Shown: positions 47,988-60,779 of the stretch, piece after piece
How the letters are laid out: every line of letters starts with the position of its first letter
Numbering within the stretch: position 1 is the first letter of the stretch
Source of the DNA: Octopus vulgaris
Taxonomy: Eukaryota
Direction of reading: 5' to 3'
NCBI GenBank assembly: GCA_951406725.2
Contig: OX597816.1
Coordinates: 154,008,001 to 154,072,000 of the forward strand
Length of the DNA: 64,000 bases
Notes under the pieces: model-generated
Databases searched by the model: none
Told to the model about the DNA's origin: nothing
The model's input: only the letters and a program-made list of their open reading frames with translations
Position numbers and translations under genes: made by a program

Positions 47988-49947
47988 GATGAGGCTAGAG
48001 ACAAATCCATGTTATTAAGGTAAGAGTTAACCATAATTACAGTGACAGATTTAGTGTACAGGTAGGTGTTCACCAAGGCCCAATTGTCAGCCTCCTTTTA
48101 ATCATCATCATCCTCCAGGCTATAATTGAGAAATTTAAGACTGGGAGCCCATGGGAACTACTATACTGATGATCTTGCCTTCGTAGCAGAATCTGCAACA
48201 GAATTAGACAAGGAAATTCCAGGTGTGGAAACAAAGCCTGGAATCAAAAAGTTAACAAAGATTAAGATCCTAATAAGCAAGAAATCAGACAGGATCCTAC
48301 CCACTTCAGATAAATGACCCTGCTTCATATGTAGGAATAGTGTAGGCTGGAATTTCATTTGGTGTTACCAGTGCAAGCTATGGACACACAAGAGGTGCAT
48401 AGAATAGTAGAAAGACTAACAGAGAAAGTATTTGTAAGTGGAAGATGTACAGGAGCCATAGAGACTACAGATATGCAGAAAATTGATTTCCTCAAATGCC
48501 TCAGAAGCTCTCTAGAAGTAGTAGATAATTGCTCCTATGTAGGTGATTTCATTAGGTTTGGAGAAGAATGTGCACCAAAAGTGTAATTGCTAGAATAAGA
48601 ATAGGATGGAGAAGGTTCAAAGAGCTTCAACTCCATCAAAATCATCATTGCTTAACGTCTACCTTTCATGAAGGCATGGGTGGAATGGTTTGACAGGAAC
48701 TGGCCAAGCAGAAGCCTACACCAGACTTCTGCAACTGTTTTGGCAGGATTTTTACAGTTGGCTGCCCTTCCGAAAACCAACCACCCAGCAGGGTGGTCAA
48801 TGAAAGGTAGATTTTATGATGCATATGTACAAACAACAATAGTGAGATATAGGCCCTGGATGCAGAAGACAATTAAAGACTAATGAAGCTGGTATGCTCC
48901 ACTGGATGTGCAATGTTAGTGTACTTGTGCAATAGAGTGCTAGTGTATTGAGATAGGAGTTTGGCATAAGAGGAATTAGATGCAGTGTGCAAGAGAGGAG
49001 ACTGTGCTGATTCAGTCAAGTGATGTGTATGGATGTGGACAATTGTATAAAGTGCCGATCTCTTAAAGTGGATGGAACTTGTGGAAGAGGGAGACCCAGG
49101 AAGACATGTGACAAAGTACTGAAGGCTGATCAAAAAGCTGTGCCTTACAAAGATGACAAAGGACCAAGATATCTAATGCTTTGCTGTACCCAAGAACACC
49201 CATCCACCACAGCAGAATTGGCATCCTAATGCCATCTTAGTAACGCTTACTTCCATCCTCTCTACCCTGTCAACCTCCCACCACTATTTCATCCCCTAAT
49301 ACCCATCACTTTCTCTATCGCCTGAGAGCAGAATAGACACATCCTATGTCCTCTGCCTACTGTCACCACTAATCACCGCTTTTCTGTGCTGCTCTCCATC
49401 ATCAACACCTTGCTTACTTGCTATCACCCTCAATGCCTTCACATATCTATTGCAACCCCTATCCCAAGCCTCTCCTATATTTCACTCCGTCATTTGCTAC
49501 AGATGCCTCATCCTGCTTTCTCACCCAGTCCAAACCTCTGTATCACCTCACCTATACTCACCACCCCCAGTGTCCTGACACATCTCCACTATGATCTCTC
49601 TTTATCTTACTCTCTAACTCACTTTCCTCTGTTTTCCAACTGGAGTTTCCATGCATCTTCTCTATATCAAGACAACTGTATCTCTCTTCTATACATTAAA
49701 TCTCAACTGGCACAAAGCCACATCCCCTCAATACTACTACCCACTTGAGGGTATTTTGTCTTGTAAGGTACTTTGTGACTCTGTTCGTACTAGTACTACA
49801 TAAAAGTACCCAGTACACTTTGTAAAGTTGTTGAAACCAAGCCAAAGTAACAAAACCTTGTGTGAATCATGGCCTTGCCAGCTCCTATCAAACTGTCCAA
49901 CCCATTTCAGCATGGAAAACAGATGTTAAATGTTGATGATGATGATG
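47988..49947 (+). mobile_element. 5'-truncated RTE LINE with inverted tail insertion at about 48635-48790
   Basis: VQVGVHQG, YTDDL, PCFIC...CYQCKLWTHKRC, GRGRPRKT, pyrimidine-rich UTR, (GAT)n tail. Confidence 0.88.
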
Positions 49948-50330
49948 CATGTATGTATGTTCAAGTAAGCCTCTGAAAAATTAGATACATGTCTCTTTAA
50001 ATACAGGTCTTGAAAGTGTTATAATCTGTTTTATGATTAACTTGCTCATACTTTTTTAATGACTCATTGGGTCAAAAAGGAGCATGGAAAATATTAATGC
50101 TCTTAACTTTGGTGTCAAAGTGACATAGGTTCAATTTTATACAAAAGTCACTATTAAAAAAATGATTGTGGATGAATTGATAATGCATAAAGGATTGATT
50201 AGTTTGTTTCTTGTAATCAATATTTCACTATACAACTATAGTTACAGTTAAACCCCTAAGTTCTAATTGTGAGAATACTTTAGAAATCCCTAATGTATGT
50301 GTGTTTACACGTGTCCATATTTATGAATGT

Positions 50331-50334
<4 letters not shown>

Positions 50335-50371
<37 letters not shown>

Positions 50372-50404
50372 TATATTATATATATATATACACACACACA
50401 CACA
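50335..50404. repeat. (TA)n(CA)n microsatellite
   Basis: Direct reading. Confidence 0.95.
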
Positions 50405-53400
50405 TTATTTTGCAGTACAAAAAACTAAAAATTTCTCAATCCACTTTTGTATTAAAAGTATGTAGAATCTGATATATGTTTTTCATGTGTAAGGTACAGA
50501 ATTACACATCTGATATATAATCCTTACATATGACAAACATGATAAACCCAGCCATTGACTCAAAAAGAGACATTCATTAAGTTTGGTGTATAATTCTTGT
50601 ATAGATGATGGCAAGACTTGAAAAGAGTTTTGATTAAATGATGGACTGAGTTGTACAGGAAAGATGACTGGCAGTGTGAGTGTATTATAGTGAAGGTAAG
50701 GATTTATCAGTTTTGTTATATTTGTTTTACACTGCTGGTATTTTAGGTGTTTGCTAGCTTTTGATATATTTGTCAATGTTTGACATGTAGCTCTTTACAC
50801 AAACAGAACAACTGGACTGATCTATCAACCCATCATTTTATTTTTTCCTAAAAAAGAGATAACCAATCTCTTCAAAAAATGTGTGTGTAAACACACACAC
50901 ACACACACATATTTCTTTGTACATTAAGAATTTTTCCCCTCATAATTTCAAATATAAAAACCCTCTTTTTGTATCATATACGTAAATGTAGTTCCATCTT
51001 CTGTTTCCAAAGGGTTAATGACATTTATCCCATCACAAAATGCAAAGATATGATTTTATAAATTAAGATTCAGTTTCTACAGTTCTTAAAAAAATGATAA
51101 AAGAGCAACTTCCACTCTTTATATGCAAAATCAATCAACGATTTAATCACTTTTTTGAAAATTTAATCATCTTTGTTTTCAGTGGAAAACCAAAATAAAA
51201 AAAATTTTAACTGTTGATTAAAACAAATTTATTTGTTACTTTACTGCAATAGGCTCCATAATAATTGGATTATATTGGTGCTGTAAACCATAAAATGGAT
51301 TCATCTTATAACTCATATGATTATACTATAATATGTTCTGTATTTGAAATTAAAAAATTAATTATATTTATATTAAATTGACAATGATTTCTTGCTTTAG
51401 TACAAGGCCACAAATTTTTAGCAGTAGAGCAGGAACAATTAAATCAGGCAACAAAATAGTCCCAGTACATAACTAATATGTTAATAACTCTGAAAGATGG
51501 AAGTCAAAAGTTGATTTTTGTCAAGTTTTGAATTTTTGATGTAAATAGATGAAAGTGAACTCTGAAATTCATTTAGTTCTGCACTCTATACTGAACCAAT
51601 TTCCATTTGATAATTGTAATAAAATTATAAAGATCCAGAGAAAAAAATTTATATGTAGATTCATTCCAACATTCCATATATATACATGCTTCCAGCATTT
51701 ACTTTAACAATTGAGGGTGTTAAAAAGTAGAATTCAAACACTTTTCAAACAACTACTTCGTTTTTTCATTGGACTGTCCGAGCAGAGATAACAGGGTCTA
51801 CTTAGCAATGACAACAACAACAACAAAAGTTGAAACAAAATTTGAGAGTTAAGTAATTCTTATAATATTTCATCCACTTTATTTCCAACCACTAAGCAAA
51901 TTTTGATTTTGAAATCTTACATTCTTTGGCACCCATAAAATATGTGAAATTTAAAAAAAAAAATGAAGGGAAGACATTGAATGATAATTTATGTTAGTAA
52001 GAATTTATTTGCAATGACTCTAGTTACCTTCCAACAACATGCAGAATTTATACAACTGAATTCTCTGAGAAATGGGTTATAAAATTTGTTATATATTACA
52101 AGACATATGTCAAGTTGGATAGCTTTCTTTTCTTTTCCTTCTCTGTTTAAGTGTTTCTTTTTTCTTTTAGAAAATATTAATTATATTGCAGTATTGCCAG
52201 AATACATATCAATCTGCCGTAGCTCTGAAAGAAAAACAAATGGCAACAGTTTTCATTATATATATAATGATATAAGTGATAAACAGAAATGGAACCTGAC
52301 AAAAGAGCTAACAAAGCAGCTGTGAATAGCTCAACAGGATCACAAATACATATTGCTTGGAATAACATGAAAAGACAAAACAATGAAACAGATCTAAGAA
52401 AAATTTTTAAAAACTAAATGACTGTCATATTTATAAAATCATTGAAGTGGACACATACAAGGGATGAAAAAACTGACAGACTAGATTCTGAAAATCCATA
52501 AATGAAAGAGAATGAAAAAGAACAAGATTAAGATAAATTGGTTAGATTTGGAAATAAATTATAGATCAGAAACTGAAAACCAAAAGTTATGAAGAAATAC
52601 AAGGTAAGCCATTACCAGTAGAGGTTAAAGTAATAGTTGATTTGATTGAGGAGAAGGGACTCTTTAGTACTGGAAGATAATCTCTCAAGAATAAAATCAA
52701 CCCAACTTTAAGGTGGTTGGTGACTAGGAGCATCCATGACATACAATGAGAAGATTAGTTGTACTAAAGGACTGTAAAAAAACCTATTCAATACTTGTGA
52801 GCATAGAAAAATAGATCAGTGTTTTATATCTATGAGACATATGCTACATGCTACTAGACGCAGTAGCCAAGTTTCCTTCAAATAAGAAAAACCCATTGGA
52901 GCTAGACAAACACACACACACAACATATATTTACATCCATAAATCTATCATATTTATCCAACACACACATTAAAACAAAGGTATCATTTGCTTTTATGTC
53001 CACTTTTCCATACTGGCATGACTGGGGAAAATACACTAAAACAAAATGAGTAGATAACCTTCCTGTTGCCAATCCTTAGCTGTTTTTCGAGTAAGGGTTT
53101 TTTTCATTCCAAACTTCTTTGAAAGTGTAGAACTACAAGATGTTTTGATTATAGGATATATAAATTTGACATCATTGTTTTGCTCAAATATTCACATGCA
53201 CACCACAATTTCTGTCAACAAATTTCATTTACAAAGCATTGGTTGACTCGATATTGCTCAATGTGTCACACAGTGAGATAATATATCATTTTAAGAGTAA
53301 ATCTTGATGTGGATACAACTATAGATATAGTCGTATCTACTATCAAATTCACTGTTAAAATTATTTATATATTTTTTCAAAGTTATATTTTTACACACAC

Positions 53401-53408
53401 ATCCTTAA

Positions 53409-53628
53409 CCCGTTAGCATTCAAATTATTCTGTCAAATGTAATGCTTATTTATTCACATTGTTTTGAATTTATCATGCATTATCTTGTAGCTTTAAGATT
53501 TCAATGATGTGATTGCATATTTTTAGAATGATATTGTAGGGTTGGTGTGAGAGGTCAGATCTAGCTGGTTTTAACACAAAACAGATACAGTATTTGGGCC
53601 GGATATGGCCTGTTTAAATGCTAAAGGG
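53409..53628. mobile_element. piggyBac-type MITE 48 bp past the ARPC4 stop
   Basis: TTAA|CCCGTTAGCATT ... AATGCTAAAGGG|TTAA; same family and orientation as 26337-26549. Confidence 0.9.
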
Positions 53629-53676
53629 TTAAAGCATTATACATTACATAGCATAATATACATACCATAGAGTTAG

Positions 53677-53853
53677 CTAAAATCTCTTTAAGAATTCTTC
53701 AGCACTCAGTCGAGCTCTAGAATTGACTGCTAATTTCATTTCACTGATTTCTTTATCAATCTCCTCCATAAACTGAATGATGAAGTCAACCAGTTTATGT
53801 TTGAACATCTGCTCTGTATGGAAATTGGTGATTAGGAAGCTGATGTCATAACC
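53677..53853 (-). CDS. ARPC4: ARPC4 last coding exon
   Basis: atttcag|GGT...TAG; 177 nt; [58 protein letters not shown]; with an ATG the CDS totals 507 nt (168 aa). Confidence 0.97.
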   Translation of the reverse strand, partial: GYDISFLITNFHTEQMFKHKLVDFIIQFMEEIDKEISEMKLAVNSRARLSAEEFLKRF

Positions 53854-55131
53854 CTGAAATTTAAATAGAATGGTTTAGAGACAATCATTTAAAGCAAAAA
53901 ATGTACTGTGAGAAAAGCTCTACGTGATCACTTTACCTACTAGAAATAGTAGCCAAATCTAATATTTTAAAAAAGAAAGGTCACACTGAATAATGTAGCT
54001 CTTATGCCTTCTGGAAAAAAAGTTAAGATGGTCACAGCTTGAATGCTTTTGATCATAGATCTGCTGTATGTCCTGGGGCCACACAATTACAACATTATTA
54101 TGAAATAGTAGTTCTTAGCATTATCAGTGCAAACTAAATTAATGTCAGTACATAAACATTTACTAATCTACAAGCTATCTCAGACACCAGAGATTTGTTT
54201 TAGATAACAAAATATATACATGAGAATAAAAGAACATTTTGAGTTCTGTGAAACTACAAAATCTTATCATATCTATTGTATTATCCAGTTAGTTTGTATA
54301 GAATCAAAAAGTAACTTTGGCAATGAGTATTATGAACTAAGGTAGAGTTTGAAAGTTCAATTCCTCGGGAGCTTATAGCTCATCTTTTAACTAAATCTCT
54401 GGGATTCAGAAGACCAAAACTTATCACTGGTTTCCATAGCTTTAAAATGAAGGACAACTAAATATCCATTTGAACAATATGCTTATTTGCTGCAAGTACT
54501 TTCCTTGAAAGGCAATTTCAACTCAGCACTGCCAGTCAACAAAAATCAATTTTGCAACACTGTAGCTGGGAAATATTTACTTGAAGCAAAATCAATTCAA
54601 TTTCTGAGAAATAAGGGTTGTGTTGGAAATAAGGGTTTATCAATCCAAACTAAAAAACCTAAATTTGAACCTAGAGGAGCAGTCTTTTGATGTGTGTATA
54701 TGTTTTGTGTTTGTCGATATCAGATAAAGAAAATGATATTTGTTCTGCATCAAATTACAGATCTCTTGTCAATATTCCCATCAGAAATGTAGTGAATTAA
54801 GGATTGGTCAATTAGAAATCAATGATGTCATTGTTCACATATAAAATGAATAAATAGGCATGTTTTGCTTCAACAGCAAAGTTGAATATACATAATCAGC
54901 AGGTCAAATAAAAGGAATTAGATGGAGAATATATCAAATGGAACTGGATATAAAAGTTTCCCACTAATGAAATGGAGTCACAGTTGAATTCAGATAGAAC
55001 TGAATATGATTGTAATGACATGATGCAATATTGGACTGATTATCAAGCTGTTATAACTGAAATAAGCATGCTTTAAAGTTATTCATACAAAGTTGCCTTT
55101 TATTCTTACTCATATAAAAATAAAGTCTTAC

Positions 55132-55227
55132 CTCCACTGGTTTTCTTCGTAAAATAATAAAATTTTCGGCTCTCATCATCATAAATCTCATGAATTTGTG
55201 ACATAAAATTTTCTCAATTTCATCAGC
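55132..55227 (-). CDS. ARPC4: ARPC4 internal exon
   Basis: ttgtcag|GCT...GAG|gtaaga; 96 nt; [32 protein letters not shown]. Confidence 0.97.
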
Positions 55228-56331
55228 CTGACAATAAAATTGAAAACAGTCTTTTCAGTATCAGATAAAATATCTCATGTTAAAATTTAATCAGAAGAAA
55301 AATATCTTTGTTTTTAATTTTTGAAATTCCACAGTTGTTGGCAACAATTGTACAAGTTTACTTTATACACTTCTTATAAAAGTCTAGTGTATGAAAAGAC
55401 TCTTAAAATTATTCAAAGCAGTCATACATATGGATTTTAAGATGATACAATTTGGTTTAAGAGAAACTTGACTGTTATTCATAGTGGCTTGAATGAATCT
55501 GTAGTGACTCCATTGTTAGGATGGTTGCTACTTTGCTTGCAAAACTGCTTACAAATTATTACTAGATCATCAACATCATTTTATGTTCACTCTCCATGTT
55601 GGCATTGGTTGGACAGGATGCAAATAGTGTGTCAGTACATATTCAGGAGTGGCACTCAGTTAGATAGATCCGAGGTCTGCATCTTCCTCATGAATTTTAT
55701 TTTGGCTTGATTTCTACAGCTGGACACTCTTCCTACTACTAACCACACTTTAAAGAGTGTGATGGGTGCTTTCCTCGTAGCACCATCAAAAGGAAGGTGT
55801 CATATTCTCAACAAGATTCATGGGTCTTCTCAACTTTCTACTTTACAAAGTGTAGTGAATGCATTTTTTCATGGCACCAGCACTACAGAGCTAACCATGT
55901 CCAAAATATGACTAAAGAGACTTCTTGACCCTCATACCTGTTCACTCACTAATCTCTTTATAGAGTGAGAGGTATAAAGGATAAGTCATGAATCACAGAG
56001 ATAAATCATAAGCGGGATGAGTGATAAGGATAGTGAGTATTCTGAGACAAGTACTATGAACAAGAGGATAGAGGCAATGTGCTCCAAAGGGAGAGCCAAT
56101 ATATGAATAAAAAGGAGTAAGAATATAATGGCAAGCAGTGACAGCAGATGGGGGAGAGGGGGAGCCAGGATGCATAGATGAAAAGGAGCAAGAGTATACA
56201 GACAGAACAGGGAGATGACTAGCAGCAAAGAGGAAGTGGTTGAGAGTGAAGGTAAATTGTACAGGGCACAATAGGTTCAATGCAGTAAAATTTGATGTAC
56301 TGATGAGGATAAAAAAAAAGACATTTCTCAC

Positions 56332-56443
56332 CTGTTTTACTGCTATACTTATCCTCAATGAATTAATAGAACCTTCAATCAATACTTTTTCTTTTTCATT
56401 TCGACTGATTACAACAGGGGTTAGCAACAATTCTTTGCTGGTT
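56332..56443 (-). CDS. ARPC4: ARPC4 internal exon
   Basis: ctttcag|A...CAG|gtgaga; 112 nt; [37 protein letters not shown]. Confidence 0.97.
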
Positions 56444-56754
56444 CTGAAAGAAAGGATAAAAATATTTTATCCATGTTGGAAATTCAAGAAAATGAATTTT
56501 TAAAAAAAAATTATTTAACTGTTAGTATTCTGAATGTTAATGGTGTTAAATAATGTTGAAGATAATGAAATTTTATAATTTGTTGCATATGTAGGATCCT
56601 GCTACCTAGGGTGAGGTTGACCAGAACAAATATAACTATCATTATGATGGCTAGATTTTGCTAATTTCAATACTAAGAGTTTAATCAACTAATTGTTGTG
56701 CTGAAATAATTTATTTACTTAAAGTTAATAAATTACAAAATGCTTACATTTTGG

Positions 56755-56916
56755 AAGCATCGTCTTCTTGAAAATTTTGCCATAACAAAGAATTCTGTAA
56801 CACAAACCTGTTTTTCTTATGATCTTCTATGTTATGTAATATGGAAGTCAATGAGAAAACAGGTTTTATACTTTGGAATTCCATGTAATGACAAGATTTT
56901 CAGGAGTGCGATGCTT
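56755..56916. repeat. About 160-bp imperfect palindrome in ARPC4 intron
   Basis: aagcatcg...gaaaattttgccat...aaacctgtttt versus aaaacaggttt...atgacaagattttc...cgatgctt; very short loop. Confidence 0.85.
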
Positions 56917-57118
56917 TAGTAATATGGAGGGTGCCTATAATTCATTCTCTCCTGTCAACATACTTAATGGTTTATCTTAACCCTATAGCATTCTAATAGT
57001 GTGAGATATAAATATATTCTTATCAAATTAGTGAGCTTGACTTCTGTGATTTGGTGGAAGTTTTCTTCCAATGAAAAGCAATGTGATTAAATCCAGATAT
57101 CACTGGTTTATCCCTTAT

Positions 57119-57240
57119 CCCTTTAGCAGTTAAAGTGGCGATAGCCAATACAAATATTCTACCTGTTTTATGTTCAAATCTTCAAGCCACCCAGATCTGA
57201 CTTTTCACACCTACCCTACAATGTCATTCTAAAAATGAAT
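57119..57240. mobile_element. Partial piggyBac-type MITE, inverted relative to 53409-53628
   Basis: ccctttagcagttaaa...ccagatctgacttttcacacctaccctacaatgtcattctaaaaat matches the reverse complement of the right half of that copy. Confidence 0.8.
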
Positions 57241-57829
57241 GATGTTAGCAGTTCAAAATTGTTGTTTGACCAAATACAAGGGAGAATGTTGAACCAGAAA
57301 TGTTGAACATAAAACCAATAGTAGTTTAATCACAGTAGTAATGAATAAAGTCAAAGGTTGATGATCAGAATAATGAGACATGAGATTAGGCTACTGAGAC
57401 ATTTCTCATCATTCCTTTCAATTTTCTAACTCCTGAAACATTTCTAAACACAGTACAGCTGAGAGTATGAGATGTCATCATTAAAGAGTATATCTATGTA
57501 ACCACCCACTCTACTAGAAACAGCAATCAAATATTTTCCCAAATAAAAAAAAAACCTATCTTCTTAAAAATACAGGACACAATAAGATAATGTTATCCTA
57601 AATGCATTATCTCTGGATAAAAGACAGAAGCTGGTCACTTTTAATTATAGTTTGACCTATAGCTGAACAACAACAGCATCATCATCATCATTGTTTAAAG
57701 TCCATTTTCCATGTTGGCAGGGGTTGGACGTCTGTTTTAACTACCTCTAAATATAAAAACATCCAATCCAGTTTTTTTTTACTATCTCCAGCAAGTAGTA
57801 CAAAGTTGCTACAAATGCTAGGTTTCACA

Positions 57830-58370
57830 GTGACCCCATCCCCACTACACAGTATGGTTAAGTTTGCATCCCATAAACAAGCCTTCTGCTTCAGAGCCAG
57901 AAAATACTTAAGCTTTCATCACTTACTGACTCTCTGTAAAGCACAAGTAAGATCTACAATAGAGTACTGTTCCTACATCTGTGACAATGGACAATGCTGC
58001 TGCTATACACATACAAACCTCCTAGACTACATTTAATAGGAAGCTATCCAGCTAACTGACAAAATCTCACTCACCATCACACTACAACCTTTGGACCACA
58101 GACACAAGCCACCCACCACCATCTATTCTACCACTACTACATCAGCTTCTACTCTTCTAAACAAGCAGCTAGCATAACATCTTAGCTCAAGCTGTCTTAT
58201 GTTCCAAAACCTATTCTGAGCACTTCACTTAATCCTTCTTTTCCAGTAAGTCTATTCTGTGGAATTCCTCCTACACATGATGGTAGGTGTTCAAGTTGAG
58301 CCTGTGCAGATCTTCTACACTGCCCCATCATCTACTTACAGATGTTTAACTGATCATCAATCATGTTAAT
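57830..58370 (+). mobile_element. CR1/L2-like LINE RT C-terminal remnant
   Basis: FRARKYLSFHHLLTLCKAQVRSTIEYCSYI resembles L..LYKAQVRP.MEYCS.IW. Confidence 0.75.
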
Positions 58371-58433
58371 ATCGCCAGTCTCGAAATACCTTTTGACAAG
58401 CAAAAGGTTAAAAAGATGAAGCAAGATACTTAC

Positions 58434-58552
58434 TTAACTTCAACTTCTGGTTTATTGTGTCGTTCTACAACTTGTGATTCAAAGTTCTGCAAACACATTG
58501 CTGCTGTAAGAGTGTGTTTCACAGCATTTAAATAGGGACGTAATGTGGCGGC
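58434..58552 (-). CDS. ARPC4: ARPC4 (Arp2/3 complex 20 kDa subunit) exon following the ATG-only exon
   Basis: ttttcag|GCC...AA|gtaagt; 119 nt; [39 protein letters not shown](K); ATG exon not located, probably beyond 64000. Confidence 0.97.
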
Positions 58553-58689
58553 CTGAAAATATAAGAGAAGAAAGATATTTCAATCAGTTAACGAATTAGT
58601 CATTCAAATGATACGCATTAAAAACTATACCAGGAAAACCCTTTATTATTCCCTATCTTCATAGCTTCTCTTGTATAAATATATATGTG

Positions 58690-59003
58690 CCATTACCATG
58701 TAAAAAGCAATGGTGCTGGCACCATGTAAAAAGCACTGGTGCCACATAAAAAGCACCAGGATGGTGCTATGTAAACGGCATTGGTGCTGGTGCCATGTAA
58801 AGGGCACTGGTGCTGGTTCCACGTAAAAAGCACCTAGTACACTTTGTAAAGTGGTTGACATTGGGAAGGGCATCCAGCTGCAGATACCATACCAAAACAG
58901 ACAATAGAACCTGATGTGGCTTCCAGCCTTGCCAGCTCCTGTCAAATCATCCAACCCATGCCAGCATGGAAAACCGGCATTAAATTATGATGATGATGAT
59001 GAT
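58690..59003 (+). mobile_element. RTE 3' end with tandem UTR repeats and (GAT)n tail
   Basis: Repeated ggtgc(tggtg)ccatgtaaaaagcac units, then ttgggaagggcatccagctg...ccatgccagcatggaaaa. Confidence 0.85.
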
Positions 59004-60779
59004 TCCTAAACTTTTTAATGATTACAATAAGCCTGTCATGCGATAATTAAAATAGAATCTTAGACCTCTCATATGTGATTGCATTAGTGTGCATGTATAT
59101 GTGCATAAGTGTGTTCTCTTACACATGTCACCATTTAACATCCCTTTTTCCATGTTGACATGGGTTGGATGCTTTGATGCAAACTGATGAGCCAAGGGCT
59201 GCACCAAGCTCGAACGTCTGCTTTGGTTTCTACAGCTGGATGTGTGTGTGTGTGTGTGCTTGTTTTTCCCCTTGTCCTGACATGAGTACACTAATTGTAA
59301 ACGCAAAACTGTTTCATTTGTTTCCAATCCTCTGTGAAAGCATGACCAGCCACTGAGTTGCTAATTGTTCCAAAGTATTAAGGATAACCTTACTTGGAAA
59401 CAGGTAAGGGCTGATGACAGGAAAAGCATCTGGCCATAGTAAAATTTACCTCAACAGAGTTCTGCCTAACCCATGCAAAAGTGGATGTTAAAAAAAATGA
59501 CAATGAAGCTATCTCATATATATTGTTTCATGCTGACATAAATTGAACTGGTTGTCCAACTCATAGCCAGTCACTTCCTACTGGGATTTACTGCTCCCAA
59601 AGCCTAGGTACATGTCATTTGATTTCTATGGCTGGATACCCGTCCTAATGCTAACCACTTTACAAGGTGTACTGAGTGCATTTTCTCATGATATACATAC
59701 TAGAAAGGTTGAACTTTGGCAAAATTGAAAAAAGTTGGTTGCCTTAATTTTGGGACACGGACACACACGCACAGTGAGAGTAAGAGTGGGAATAGAAAAC
59801 TGCTCTAACAAACAAAATCTTTCTTTCCTTTCCATGTAAACATGAGAAAATGGAGTTAAACAGCAACAATAAATAAACCAACAATAACAACACTGAAGAC
59901 TGATATTGAAATATTTTTCTCATGCAATCAGGAAACAAATATGTGGATAAGAAAAAAAAGAACTATAATGAAAACTATAACAAAAAAAGAAAAACTACTG
60001 ATCAGTACATTGATTGCTGTTTTGTATTAACAATCAATAAAAATAAACAATACTAATTAAATGTTGCTGGTGTTAGCTGTATATATTATAAGCAGCTTTA
60101 AATCTATATCAAATTAGATTAATGTAGTAATGTGTGTGCGTGTGTGTATGGTGGGATGCACATGTGTATACACACATGCAGTACTTATACACATGTTGGG
60201 CAAATACTATGAAGGCTACTCTGGAATATATGATGACACCAAGAATGAGGAGAGATGAAGGGTTCTGGAGTTCTGGGACATAAATGACCTAACCTTTTGC
60301 AATACTAATTTTAGGAAACCATCCAATCACTTACATGCTCACCAATAATACTCACTAGAAAATTAGATGGAAAGTTGTGAACATTAAGTCTTTCCATGGA
60401 GAAAAACATACTGTTCAACATAGACTAGGGATTAATTACTTCAAATAAGAGTTGAATAAACTCAGAGAAATAAGGCAATTTGGAGAAAGGTGTGAAAACT
60501 GAAAGATACTCTACTAAACATAGGTTCAGAGTTCTGGGTGACATGCATATCAAGAGAGAGGAGAAGATAGAGATCTATAGCATAGAGGACAACTGCAAAC
60601 CATGGACAAAATTTGTGGTTGGAGCAAGTATTAGCTAGAAAAAAGGTGACATAATGATGATAGAATAATATCATAGAGTTATAAAAGCTAAAGGACAGAC
60701 CTGGACAGAGTGAAAAAAAGGGAGCAGTAAAGAATACTATTAAATAACTAGAAAAGAAGCACACCCAAATTTATGTAGC

